Shown piece after piece: positions 12,072-26,700 of a stretch of 64,000 nt of DNA; position 1 is the first letter of the stretch, and every line of letters begins with the position of its first letter. The stretch is taken from positions 1 through 64,000 of the forward strand of contig NW_021836176.1 of NCBI RefSeq assembly GCF_006345805.1, in the 5' to 3' direction. This stretch comes from Octopus sinensis. Taxonomy: Eukaryota. A program made the position numbers and the translations under genes. The notes below the pieces were generated by a model. It was not told the DNA's origin. It saw nothing but the letters and a program-made list of their open reading frames with translations, and did no database searches.

Positions 12072-12562
12072 ATATATATTAGAACGAAAATATACGTTCA
12101 CTGTACTCTGGGGGTCATTTGTCCCTTATTTCTAACCCTAAAATACTTCGTTCATGATGTTATTCCTGTTTTCAATCCTTAATTATCATTTCTTTCAGTA
12201 ACTTCATAATAAACCATAACTGATCCAAAATAATTTGTGTACTTATTCTTCGTTATATACAGAGATTCAAAATAAATATTTAATAAATATATTTTGTTTT
12301 GGGATGGAAAATGGCGAGAAAAAATGTGTGTTGAGAAGTTAATATTGTAATTAATTGCTGTTAATATTATTTTGCAGTTGTTTTTGCCGCTGATAATGTT
12401 TCGTTATTGTTTTTAATTACTTGTTGATTGTGATAATGATAATGATAATGATGATGGCTAAAATTTGTAACCCTCGGTCAGCACAGACACAGACACATAG
12501 CTATGATCAAACGTACTTCCACGGTATACTTCTCTTTCTTTATCAAAAACAGTGAAGTCCCA

Positions 12563-12963
12563 GGGTGGCGAGCTAGCAGAAATGGTACGCCGGACGAAAT
12601 GCTTATCAGCGGTGTTTCGTCTATCTTTATGTTCTGAGTTCAAATTCCGCCGAGGTCGACTTTGCCTTTCATCCTTTCGGGGTCGATAAATTAAGTACCA
12701 GTTACGCACTGGAGGTCGATATAATCGACTTAATCCGTTTGTCTATCCTTGTTTGTCCTCTCTGTGTTTAGCCCCTTGTGGGTAGTAAAGAAATAGAAAT
12801 AGGTATTTCGTCTGTCGTTACGTTCTGAGTTCAAATTCCGCCGAGGTCGACTTTGCCTTTCAACCTTCCGGGGGTCGATAGATTAAGTAGCAGTCAAGTA
12901 CTAGGGTCGATCTAATCGACTGGCCCCCTCACACAAAATTTCGCACCTTGTGCCTAGAATAAT
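12563..12963 (+). mobile_element. SINE family B dimer (second unit with alternative 3' end)
   Basis: Head ggtggcgagctagcagaaatgg, same dimer junction near 12790, ends ggccccctcacacaaaatttcgcaccttgtgcctag. Confidence 0.8.
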
Positions 12964-13834
12964 AATTTTAAAAAAAAAACAAAAACAGTAAAGTCCTGAT
13001 TTCTGAGAGATTTAGCTGCTGTTTCTAGCCGGTCGAACACAGAGGCTCTCCTTCATTGGCTCAGTTATTAATTACTGTTGTTGTTGTTGCTTAGCCTTAA
13101 GTGTATAGATCAGAGGCTTTCCAGGTGTGACCATTCCGTCTAATTCAGTTTCTCAAAGAATTGTGACCCAGTGTATACTTTTCAACGACAGTGGAGTGGT
13201 TGTTTGAGGGGGATTTGGCTGCTATTTCTAGCGCGGCCTGTAACTGCTAGATAGAGATTTCCTTACTACTGCTGCTGCTGCTGTTGTTGTTGTTGTTGTT
13301 GTTGTTAGAGTTGTTGGTTACATTGTTACTCCAATGTTGCTATTGTTGGTGGAAGTGTTTCACAAATCAAACCCAACCCAGTTCAACCTTAGAAAAAAAA
13401 ATCAATTCCACAATCAAATATTTCTCTCTCCGTTGCGCCGAATCCAGTCCATCACCAAAGCTACAATCGATCCATCAAGTGCCCCAGCATGGCCACAACA
13501 CCCCAATTGCAATAACAATTAAGAGAAAACAAATAATTGTCTATCGATACGTCTATTAATACATCCGACCAAAATCAAATTATGCTAAGAATTATCAAAC
13601 TGAATCGATAAAATCTATGAAATATATCCCTTTGTAGGTGCTGGCAGAGCCATGTTGTCTGTGACTAGGGCAGGTTAAGGGTTTTGTTTAGAAACAATTG
13701 AAAGTTTAGGGATTAATCTTTCCAGGGTACCAATATGAGAATGCTTGTAAAGTTGCTGAGAGCTGTGGGTCGTCTGATGTCTCCCAAGAGGAATTTAGCT
13801 GATGGGAGCTTTGCATGTAACTGTATGAAGTTAA

Positions 13835-14157
13835 GGCGCGTGGCTTAGTGGTTAGGGCATTTGACTCACAATCGTAAATACGTGAGTTCGATTCCCGGTG
13901 GTGCCCAGTGTCCATGAGCAATAACACTTTATTTCATGTTGTTCCAGTCTACGCTGCTGGCGAAACCGAGTTGTACCCGTTTTTCAAAAGGGCCGGCCTT
14001 GTCACACTCCGTGTCACGCCGAATCTCCCTGAGGACTATGTAAACAGTATATGAGTGTCTGTGGAATACTCAGTCAACTTGCGTGATAATTTCACAAGCA
14101 GGTTGTTCTGTTCATTAGATCAGCTGGAATCCTTGTTGTCACAACCACCTGAGTGCC
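13835..14157 (+). mobile_element. SINE family C, diverged
   Basis: A box ggcgcgtggcttagtggttagg and B box gagttcgattccc. Shares caaaagggccggccttgtcac...tttcacaagcagg with 1894-2273. Confidence 0.8.
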
Positions 14158-14228
14158 AGTTTGATGTATGTGTGTGTATATATGTGTGTGTGTGTATGGG
14201 TGGTGTGTATTTAAATGTGTGTATAGAT

Positions 14229-14446
14229 CAGTGGTTTTCAACCAGGGTTCCGCAGAACCTTAGGGTTCCGCCAGTACAGTCAGGGGTTCCGCAAGAAGTC
14301 ACAAAACTGCTAAAATCGGCAGTAATTTTTGAGTCTCCTGTGCAGATATGTGTGCATAAGACTATTAAATTATTGCACAGGGGTTCCTCGAGCCAGTGGA
14401 ATGTTTCCTTGGGGTTCCGCTCCAGCAAAAAGTTTGAAAAGCATTG
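14229..14446. mobile_element. hAT (Charlie/Buster-type) MITE, 218 bp
   Basis: Ends cagtggttttcaacc ... gtttgaaaagcattg (imperfect TIR). Perfect 8-bp TSD gtatagat (14221-14228 / 14447-14454) with central TA. Confidence 0.88.
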
Positions 14447-14639
14447 GTATAGATGAAAGAATGTATGTAAGAACGACTGTCTATGAATGTATATACGTGT
14501 ATCTATATATGTGTATGTAAGTATGAGTATATATATAATATATATATATATATCAATAATAACAAAGGGTAAAATTTGGCTGCTATTTCTAAACTTCGGT
14601 ATGTGGTAAAGCAAATCTTTGCTGAACCCTATTATAAAG

Positions 14640-14703
<64 letters not shown>

Positions 14704-14876
14704 CTCTGTGTGTTTATGTATGGGTATATATACGTTTTATTTGTTTATTATTGTGCAAATTAATTAATCATCGTTATATGTTTTATCTTATATTTCATCT
14801 TTCTATAAGATGTAATTTTTCTAAATGGTATAATTTAATTTTTTATTATTGAATTGATAAAAGGTGTTTTTTTTTC

Positions 14877-14918
<42 letters not shown>

Positions 14919-15714
14919 TTCAGCAAAAATTTAGATTCAAATGAATATGGTACTTAATTTAGATGCACCTGAATTTTGTATGGTGTTATCCATAAAAATT
15001 TGTGGGGTGGTTATAATCAAAATTGTACCAAATTACCGGGGTCATTCTTGTTGCTTATTTTGATTATATATATATATATACATATATATATTTATAAGTT
15101 GGTGTGTCAAGTTATAATCCTTTACATCAAAATTCAGAAACTTTTCTTCGTTATTCTTCATCAAAAACCAAAATTATACCAACATGAGAAGAACAATCTC
15201 CCTTACACACACAAACCAAGAAAAAAACAAAAAAAAAAACAAAAAAAAAACTGATATATAAAAGGTGGATAGGGACCGGTTGATGCTATGTTATCAACAC
15301 TTTGATCACTGGGAGGGCTGCTCCAGTATGGCCACAGCAGTCTGATAACCGGAATCGGTAGAAGAATAAAAGTTGAAGAATTCAGTGAGAGTCCAGATGA
15401 AATCCATTTACGCGCTTAACTTTTTAAAGCTAGTATCCTCCTTCGGCGCTCCTGTTCTTCTACAAATGAAATAGTCCATTGCCTTAAGTACCCGTAATTA
15501 TCTGCATGCGATCTCCACACCCATATATATATATGTATGTGTATGTATGTGTGTGTGTGTGTGTGTTTATAGTTATAATTTTGCTTGTTTTCAAAATTCT
15601 GCTTAAGTGTACAGACTTATATATCGTTCAGTTAAGTTCTTTACATGTGTGTGAGTGTGTGTATAGGTCTATGCAAATTTTAATCTAATATATGTTAATA
15701 TATGTTAATATATG

Positions 15715-15753
<39 letters not shown>

Positions 15754-15915
15754 GTAAATGTAAATGTATTTCTATGTCTTGTTATATTTGTACTATATTA
15801 ATGTATAATATCATTGCTATTATGTAGTGGTTTAATAAAGTATTGATTGGGCATTATCTGATGGTTGATGATTGATTTAGGTATGTTTCTCCATTTTCTC
15901 ATTTTGTATATATAT

Positions 15916-15949
<34 letters not shown>

Positions 15950-16029
15950 GGATAGATAGATAGATAGATAGATATAGATATATGCAAAATATGTGTATAT
16001 AAATGTATATATATATATATATATATCCT

Positions 16030-16148
16030 TATATATTAATTATATAAGTATATGTTAATATAAATTATATATATATATATATTTTCTAATATATCTATCA
16101 TATATATTGTATATATAATATCTATAAGTATATCATATATGTATATTG

Positions 16149-16179
<31 letters not shown>

Positions 16180-16287
16180 TAACTATAAGTATATGTTAAT
16201 ATAAATATATATATATATATATTTTCTAATATATCTATCATATATATTGTATAATAATATCTATAAGTATATCATATATGTATATTG

Positions 16288-16319
<32 letters not shown>

Positions 16320-16444
16320 TAATTATATAAGTATATGTTAATATAAATTATATATATATATATATTTTCTAATATATCTATCATATATATTGTATATATA
16401 ATATCTATAAGTATATCATATATGTATATTGATATATATATATA

Positions 16445-16445
<1 letters not shown>
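16030..16445. repeat. AT-rich minisatellite, ~140-bp unit, 3 copies
   Basis: attttctaatatatctatcatatatattgta at ~16081, 16221 and 16364. Confidence 0.85.
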
Positions 16446-16486
<41 letters not shown>

Positions 16487-16885
16487 TATATATAATGATA
16501 TAGAAATATGTAAACAGGCAAACGTGCGCTGTTGATGTAAGCGCTTCCTCTTGCAAGATATTGGAAGTCTAATATCGAATGTTTCGCCAGAGGCAGTTTC
16601 TGCTTGTCTTGCCTGCCTTTCTCAAAAGTGCGTGTTCTGCTGCTGTCGTTGCTGCGGTTAACATCGCTTCTATTGCTGCTGTTGCTACTACTGCTATGGC
16701 AGCTGCTGCAGTTGCTGCTGGTTGGTTTGTCACCAGTGATGGTGTCGGTTCTGCTACTATTTGTTGTCGGTGTTGTTGTTGCTGTTGTTATTGGTGATGG
16801 TGGTGGTGATGGTGGCTTTCGGCATTGTATACGTCGATGTATTTTGTAGACACACCCACACACATGCACACGTGTATATATGTAT

Positions 16886-16917
<32 letters not shown>

Positions 16918-16948
16918 ATATATATATATATTACACACATGTATATAT

Positions 16949-17124
16949 GCAGCAGTGGCTGTGTGGTAAGTAGCTTGCTTACCAACCATATGGTTCCGGG
17001 TTCAGTCCCACTGCGTGGCACCTTGGGCAAGTGTCTTCTACTATAGCCTCAGGCCGACCAAAGCCTTGTGAGTGGATTTGGTAGACGGAAACTGAAAGAA
17101 GCCTGTCGTATATATATATACATA

Positions 17125-17220
<96 letters not shown>

Positions 17221-17440
17221 CTGTGTGTGTGTGTGTGTGTTTGTCCACCCCCCTAGCATTGCTTGGCAAACGATGCTGGTGTGTTTACGTCCCCGTCACT
17301 TAGTGGTTCAGCAAAAGAGACCGATAGAATAAGTACTAGGCTTACAAAAAAGAATAAGTCCCGGGGTCGATTTGCTCGACTAAAGGTGGTGCTCCAGCAT
17401 GGCCGCAGTCAAATGACTGAAACAAGTAAAAGAGTAAAGA
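16949..17440 (+). mobile_element. SINE family A, full length
   Basis: Matches the 3451-3858 consensus, with an expanded internal (TA)n(TG)n. Confidence 0.9.
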
Positions 17441-17590
17441 GAGTGTGTGTGTGTGTGTGTGTTCTTTTATTCTCTGTAAACTTGGTGCTTATTCTTTTGG
17501 TCTCTTCAGCTGAACTGCTAAGTTTTGAGGATATAAACACGTTTTTGGCAGGATTTTTACAGCTGGATGGCCTTCCTAACACCAACCATT

Positions 17591-17748
17591 CATTGAGTTA
17601 ATCCTGCATTATCTTGTAGCTTTGAGATTTCACTGATGTAATTGTTTGTTATTTTTTTTTTAAAATGGCATTGTAGAGTGAGTGTGAGAAGCTAGATCTG
17701 GCCAGTAGAAAATGTTAACCTGATATGGCCAATTTAAGCACCAAAAAT
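17591..17748 (-). mobile_element. Inverted, diverged 5' part of MITE family 1, abutting the array at a shared TTAA
   Basis: Reverse complement reads ttaa-atttttggtgcttaaattggccatatc...ggccagatctagcttctcacactcactctacaatgccatt...gaaatctcaaagctacaagataatgcaggattaa. Confidence 0.75.
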
Positions 17749-17752
17749 TTAA

Positions 17753-20700
17753 CCCTTTAGCATTTAAACCAACCATATCGTGCTCAAATATCCGACAGGG
17801 TTTACATTTGACCCAGCAAGATCCAGCCTCTCACACCTACCCTACAATGTCATTCTAAAAATAAACAATCACATCATTGAAATCTCAAATCTATGAGATA
17901 ATGCATGATTAATTCAAAACAAGGCCAGATCCATCCTCTCACACCTACCCTACAATGTCATTCTAAAAATAAACAATCACATCATTGAAATCTCAAATCT
18001 ATGAGATAATGCATGATTAATTCAAAACAAGGCCAGATCCATCCTCTCACACCTACCCTACAATGTCATTCTAAAACTAAACAATCACATCATGGAAATC
18101 TCAAATCTATGAGATAATGCATGATTAATTCAAAACAAGGCCAGATCCATCCTCTCACACCTACCCTACAATGTCATTCTAAAAATAAACAATCACATCA
18201 TTGAAATCTCAAAGCTATGAGATAATGCATGATTAATTCAAAACAAGGCCAGTTCCAGCCTCTCACACCTACCCTACAATGTCATGTTAAAAATAAACAA
18301 TCACATCATTGAAATCTCAAAGCTATGAGATAATGCATGATTAATTCAAAACAAGGCCAGATCCATCCTCTCACACCTACCCTACAATGTCATTCTAAAA
18401 ATAAACAATCACATCATTGAAATCTCAAATCTATGAGATAATGCATGATTAATTCAAAACAAGGCCAGATCCATCCTCTCACACCTACCCTACAATGTCA
18501 TTCTAAAAATAAACACATCATCATTGAAATCTCAATCTATGAGATAATGCATGATTATTCAAAACAAGGCCAGATCCATCCTCTCACACCTACCCTACAA
18601 TGTCATTCTAAAACTAAACAATCACATCATGGAAATCTCAAATCTATGAGATAATGCATGATTAATTCAAAACAGGCCAGATCCTCCTCTCACACCTACC
18701 CTACAATGTCATTCTAAAAATAAACAATCACATCATTGAAATCTCAAAGCTATGAGATAATGCATGATTAATTCAAAACAAGGCCAGTTCCAGCCTCTCA
18801 CACCTACCCTACAATGTCATGTTAAAAATAAACAATCACATCATTGAAATCTCAAAGCTATGAGATAATGCATGATTAATTCAAAACAAGGCCAGTTCCA
18901 GCCTCTCACACCTACCCTACAATGTCATGTTAAAATTAAACAATCACATCATTGAAATCTCAAAGCTATGAGATAATGTATGATTAATTCAAAACAAGGC
19001 CAGATCCATCCTCTCACACCTACTCTACAATGTCATTCTAAAAATAAACAATCACATCATTGAAATCTCAAAGATATGAGATAATGCATGATTAATTCAA
19101 AACAAGGCCAGATCCATCCTCTCACACCTACCCTACAATGTCATTCTAAAAATAAACAATCACATCATTGAAATCTCAAATCTATGAGATAATGCATGAT
19201 TAATTCAAAACAAGGCCAGATCCATACTCTCACACCTACCCTACAATGTCATTCTAAAAATAAACAATCACATCATTGAAATCTCAAAGCTATGAGATAA
19301 TGCATGATTAATTCAAAACAAGGCCAGATCCATCCTCTCACACCTACCCTACAATGTCATTCTAAAAATAAACAATCACATCATTGAAATCTCAAATCTA
19401 TGAGATAATGTATGATTAATTCAAAACAAGGCCAGATCCATCCTCTCACACCTACCCTACAATGTCATTCTAAAAATAAACAATCACATCATTGAAATCT
19501 CAAATCTATGAGATAATGCATGATTAATTCAAAACAAGGCCAGATCCATCCTCTCACACCTACCCTACAATGTCATTCTAGAAATAAACAATCACATCAT
19601 GGAAATCTCAAATCTATGAGATAATGCATGATTAATTCAAAACAAGGCCAGATCCATCCTCTCACACCTACCCTACAATGTCATTCTAAAAATAAACAAT
19701 CACATCATTGAAATCTCAAATCTATGAGATAATGCATGATTAATTCAAAACAAGGCCAGATCCAGCCTCTCACACCTACCCTACAATGTCATTCTAGAAA
19801 TAAACAATCACATCATGGAAATCTCAAATCTATGAGATAATGCATGATTAATTCAAAACAAGGCCAGATCCAGCCTCTCACACCTACCCTACAATGTCAT
19901 TCTAAAAATAAACAATCACATCATGGAAATCTCAAATCTATGAGATAATGCATGATTAATTCAAAACAAGGCCAGATCCAGCCTCTCACACCTACCCTAC
20001 AATGTCATTCTAAAAATAAACAATCACATCATGGAAATCTCAAAGCTATGAGATAATGCATGATTAATTCAAAACAAGGCCAGATCCATACTCTCACACC
20101 TACCTCACAATGTCATTCTAAAAATAAATAATCACATCATTGAAATCTCAAAGCTATGAGATAATGCATGATTAATTCAAAACAAGGCTAGATCCAGCCT
20201 CTCTCACCTATCCTACAATGTCCCTCTAAATATAAACAATCCCTACATTTGTGAGATAGTGTGTGGTTAATTTAAAGCAAAGTGAATAAATAAGAATTAT
20301 GTTTGACAGTGTATTCTGAATGCTAAGGAGTTAACCCCGTAGGATTTGAACCAGCAATATGCAGCTGAAATAGTCTGTCTGTTTTATGTTCAAACCAGCT
20401 GTGTCTGGCCCCTCACACCTACCCTAAAAAATGTCATTTTAAAGAGACAAAAAACAATTGTGTGATTGGAATCTCAAATCTGTAAGAAAATGCATGATTA
20501 ATTCAAAACAATGGTAAAATTTAAGCTTTATATTTCACATCATAGAAATCTTCAAGTTACAAGATAATGCATGATTAATTTGAAACAATAGGACTAAATA
20601 CGGACTACATTTGACAGAATAATATGAATTTTATTTCAGTTATGTTCAAACTGCCCAGATCCATCCTCTCACTCATACCCTACAATGTCATTCTTAAAAT

Positions 20701-23700
20701 AAATAATCACATCTTTGAAATCTCAACGCTATGAGATAATGCATGATTAATTCAAAACAAGGCCACATCCTGCCTCTCACACCTACCCTACGATGTCATT
20801 CTCAAATAAAAACAATCACATCATTGAAATCTCAAAGCTATGAGATAATGCATGTTTAATTCAAAAAAAGGCCAGATCCAGCTTCTCACACCTACCCTAC
20901 AATGTCATTCTAAAAATAAACAATCACATCATTGAAATCTCAAAGCTATGAGATAATGCATGATTAATTCAAAACAAGGCCACCTCTTGCCTCTCACACC
21001 TACCCTACGATGTCATTCTCAAATAAAAACAATCACATCATTGAAATCTCAAAGCTATGAGATATTGCATGATTAATTCAAAACAAAGCTTGATCCAGCC
21101 TCTCACACCTACCCTACAATGTCATTCTAAAATAAATAATCACATCATAGAAATCTCAACGCTATGAGATAATGCATGATTAATTCAAAACAAGGCCACC
21201 TCCTGCCTCTCACACCTACCCTACAATGTCATTCTAAAAATAAACAATCACATCATTGAAATCTCAAAGCTGTGAGATAATGCATGATTAATTCAAAACA
21301 AGGCTAGATCAAGCCTCTCACACCTACCCTACAATGTCATTTTAAAATAAACAATCACATCATTGAAATCTCAAAGCTATGAGATAATGCATGATTAATT
21401 CAAAACAAGGCCACCTCCTGCCTCTCACACCTACCCTACAATGTCATTCTAAAAATAAACAATCACATCATTGAAATCTCAAAGCTGTGAGATAATGCAT
21501 GATTAATTCAAAACAAGACCAGATCCTGCCTCTCACACCTACCTCACAATGTCATTCTAAAAATAAACAATCGCATCATTGAAATCTCAAAGCTATGAGA
21601 TAATGCATGATTAATTCAAAACAAGACCAGATCCTGCCTCTCACACCTACCCTACAATGTCATTCTAAAAATAAACAATCACATCATTGAAATCTCAAAC
21701 TGTGAGATAATGCATGATTAATTCAAAACAAGGCCGGATCCTGTCTCTCACACCTACCCTACAATGTCATTCTAAAATAAACAATCTCATCATTGAAATC
21801 TCAAGAAGTGAGATAATGCATGATTAATTCAAAACAAGGCCAGATCCTGTCTCTCACACCAACCCTACAATGTCATTCTAAAAATAAACAATCACATCAT
21901 TGAAATCTCAAAGCTATAAGATAATGCATGATTAATTTAAAACAAGGCCAGATCCTGTCTCTCACACCTACCCTACAATGTCATTCTAAAAATAAACAAT
22001 CTCATCATTGAAATCTCAAAGCTGTGAGATAATGCATGATAAATTCAAAACAAGTCCAGATCCTGTCTCTCACACCTACCCTACAATGTCATTCTAAAAA
22101 TAAACAATCACATCATTGAAATCTCAAAGCTATGAGATAATACATGATTAATTCAAAACAAGGCCAGATCCTGTCTCTCACACCTACCCTACAATGTCAT
22201 TCTAAAAATAAACAATCACATCATTGAAATCTCAAAGCTATGAGATAATGCATGATTAATTCAAAACAAGGCCGGATCCTGTCTCTCACACCTACCCTAC
22301 AATGTCATTCTAAAAATAAACAATCACATCATTGAAATCTCAAAGCTATGAGATAATGCATGATTAATTCAAAACAAGGCCAGATCCTGTCTCTCACACC
22401 TACCCTACAATGTCATTCTAAAAATAAACAATCACATCATTGAAATCTCAAAGCTATGAGATAATGCATGATTAATTCAAAACAAGTCCAGATCCTGTCT
22501 CTCACACCTACCCTACAATGTCATTCTAAAAATAAACAATCTCATCATAGAAATCTCAAAGCTATGAGATAATGCATGATTAATTCAAAACGAGGCCACC
22601 TCCTGCCTCTCACACCTACCCTACAATGTCATTCTAAAATTAAACAATCTCATCATTGAAATATCAAAGCTATGAGATAATGCATGAGTAATTCAAAATA
22701 AGGCCACATCCAGCCTCTCACACCTACCCTACAATGTCATTCTAAAAATAAACAATCACATCATTGAAATCTCAAAGCTATGAGATAATGCATGATTAAT
22801 TCAAAACAAGGCCAGATCCAGCCTCTCACACCTACCCTACAATGTCATTCTAAAAATAAACAATCACATCATTGAAATCTGAAATCTATGAGATAATGCA
22901 TGATTAATTCAAAACAAGGCCAGATCCAGCCTCTCACACCTACCCTACAATGTCATTCTAAAAATAAACAATCACATCATTGAAATCTCAAATCTATGAG
23001 ATAATGCATGATTAATTCAAAACAAGGCCAGATCCATCCTGTCACACCTACCCTACAATGTCATTCTAAAAATAAACAATCACATCATGGAAATCTCAAA
23101 GCTATGAGATAATGCATGATTAATTCAAAACAAGGCCAGATCCATCCTCTCACACCTACCCTACAATGTCATTCTAAAAATAAACAATCACATCATTGAA
23201 ATCTCAAATCTATGAGATAATGCATGATTAATTCAAAACAATGCCACATCCATCCTCTCACACCTACCCTACAATGTCATTCTGAAAATAAACAATCACA
23301 TCATGGAAATCTCAAATCTATGAGATAATGCATGATTAATTCAAAACAAGGCCAGATCCAGCCTCTCACACCTACCCTACAATGTCATTCTAAAAATAAA
23401 CAATCACATCATTGAAATCTCAAAGATATGAGATAATGCATGATTAATTCAAAACAAGGCCAGATCCATCCTCTCACACCTACCCTACAATGTCATTCTA
23501 AAAATAAACAATCACATCATTGAAATCTCAAAGATATGAGATAATGCATGATTAATTCAAAACAAGGCCAGATCCATCCTCTCACACCTACCCTACAATG
23601 TCATTCTAAAAATAAACAATCACATCATTGAAATCTCAAATCTATGAGATAATGCATGATTAATTCAAAACAAGGCCAGATCCAGCCTCTCACACCTACC

Positions 23701-26700
23701 CTACAATGTCATTCTAAAAATAAACAATCACATCATGGAAATCTCAAAGCTATGAGATAATGCATGATTAATTCAAAACAAGGCCAGATCCATCCTCTCA
23801 CACCTACCTCACAATGTCATACTAAAAATAAATAATCACATCATTGAATTCTCAAAGCTATGAGATAATGCATGATTAATTCAAAACAAGGCTAGATCCA
23901 GCCTCTCTCACCTATCCTACAATGTCCCTCTAAATATAAACAATCCCTACATTTGTGAGATAGTGTGTGGTTAATTTAAAGCAAAGTGAATAAATAAGAA
24001 TTATATTTGACAGTGTATTCTGAATGCTAAGGAGTTAACCCCGTAGGATTTGAACCAGCAATATGCAGCTGAAATTGTCTGTCTGTTTTATGTTCAAACC
24101 AGCTGTGTCTGGCCCCTCACACCTACCCCTAAAAAATGTCATTTTAAAGAGACAAAAAACAATTGTGTGATTGGAATCTCAAATCTGTAAGAAAATGCAT
24201 GATTAATTCAAAACAATGGTAAAATTTAAGCTTTATATTTCACATCATAGAAACCTTAAAGTTACAAGATAATGCATGATTAATTTGAAACAAGAGGACT
24301 AAATACGGACTACATTTGACAGAATAATATGAATTTTATTTCAGTTATGTTCAAACTGCCCAGATCCATCCTCTCACTCATACCCTACAATGTCATTCTT
24401 AAAATAAATAATCACATCTTTGAAATCTCAACGCTATGAGATAATGCATGATTAATTCAAAACAAGGCCACATCCTGCCTCTCACACCTACGATGTCATT
24501 CTCAAATAAAAACAATCACATCATTGAAATCTCAAAGCTATGAGATAATGCATGATTAATTCAAAACAAGGCCAGATCCAGCTTCTCACACCTACCCTAC
24601 AATGTCATTCTAAAAATAAACAAGCACATCATTGAAATCTCATAGCTATGAGATAATGCATGATTAATTCAAAACAAGACCGGATCCTGCCTCTCACACC
24701 AACCCTACAATGTCATTCTAAAAATAAATAATCACATCATTGAAATCTCAAAGCTATAAGATAATGCATGATTAATTCAAAACAAGGCCAGATCCATCCT
24801 CTCACACCTACCCTACAATGTCATTCTAAAAATAAACAATCACATCATTGAAATCTCAAAGCTATGAGATAATGCATTATTAATTCAAAACAAGGCCAGA
24901 TCCTGCCTCTCACACTTACCCTACAATGTCATTCTAAAAATAAACAATCACATCATTGAAATCTCAAAGCCGTGAGATAATGCATGATTAATTCAAAACA
25001 AGGCCAGATCCTGCCTCTCACACCTACCCTACAATGTCATTCTAAAAATAAACAATCACATCATTGAAATCACAAAGCTGTGAGATAATGCATGAATAAT
25101 TCAAAACAAGGCCGGATCCTGTCTCTCACACCTACCTCACAATGTCATTCTAAAAATAAACAATCGCATCATTGAAATCTCAAAGCTATGAGATAATGCA
25201 TGATTAATTCAAAACAAGACCAGATCCTGCCTCTCACACCTACCCTACAATGTCATTCTAAAAATAAACAATCACTTCATTGAAATCTCAAAGCTGTGAG
25301 ATAATGCATGATTAATTCAAAACAAGGCCAGATCCTGTCTCTCACACCTACCCTACAATGTCATTCTAAAAATAAACAATCACATAATTGAAATCTCAAA
25401 GCTGTGAGATAATGCATGATTAATTCAAAACAAGGCCAGATCCAGTCTCTCACACCTGCCCTACAATGTCATTCTAAAAATAAACAATCACATCATTGAA
25501 ATCTCAAAGCTGTGAGATAATGCATAATTAATTCAAAACAAGACTAGATCCTGTCTCTCACACCTACCCTACAATGTCATTCTAAAAATAAACAATCACA
25601 TCATTGAAATCTCAAAGCTGTGAGATAATGCATGATTAATTCAAAACAAGGCCGGATCCTGTCTCTCACACCTACCCTACAATGTCATTCTAAAAATAAA
25701 CAATCTCATCATTGAAATCTCAAATCTATGAGATAATGCATGATTAATTCAAAACAAGGCCAGATCCAGCCTCTCACACCTACCCTACAATGTCATTCTA
25801 AAAATAAACAATCACATCATGGAAATCTCAAAGCTATGAGATAATGCATGATTAATTCAAAACAAGGCCAGATCCATCCTCTCACACCTACCTCACAATG
25901 TCATACTAAAAATAAATAATCACATCATTGAAATCTCAAAGCTATGAGATAATGCATGATTAATTCAAAACAAGGCTAGATCCAGCCTCTCTTACCTATC
26001 CTACAATGTCCCTCTAAATATGAACAATCCCTACATTTGTGAGATAGTGTGTGGTTAATTTAAAGCAAAGTGAATAAATAAGAATTATGTTTGACAGTGT
26101 ATTCTGAATGCTAAGGAGTTAACCCCGTAGGATTTGAACCAGCAATATGCAGCTGAAATAGTCTGTCTGTTTAATGTTCAAACCAGCTGTGTCTGGCCCC
26201 TCACACCTACCCCTAAAAAATGTCATTTTAAAGAGACAAAAAACAATTGTGTGATTGGAATCTCAAATCTGTAAGAAAATGCATGATTAATTCAAAACAA
26301 TGGTAAAATTTAAGCTTTATATTTCACATCATAAAAACCTTAAAGTTACAAGATAATGCATGATTAATTTGAAACAATAGGACTAAATACGGACTACATT
26401 TGACAGAATAATATGAATTTTATTTCAGTTATGTTCAAACTGCCCAGATCCATCCTCTCACTCATACCCTACAATGTCATTCTTAAAATAAATAATCACA
26501 TCTTTGAAATCTCAACGCTATGAGATAATGCATGATTAATTCAAAACAAGGCGACATCCTGCCTCTCACACCTACGATGTCATTCTCAAATAAAAACAAT
26601 CACATCATTGAAATCTCAAAGCTATGAGATAATGCATGATTAATTCAAAACAAGGCCAGATCCAGCTTCTCACACCTACCCTACAATGTCATTCTAAAAA

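Noticed and set aside
1705-16627. Other candidate + strand exons (1705-1763, 16558-16627)
   Set aside because: Splice sites are plausible but the reading frame or linkage to the 3' exons is ambiguous; kept out of the feature list.
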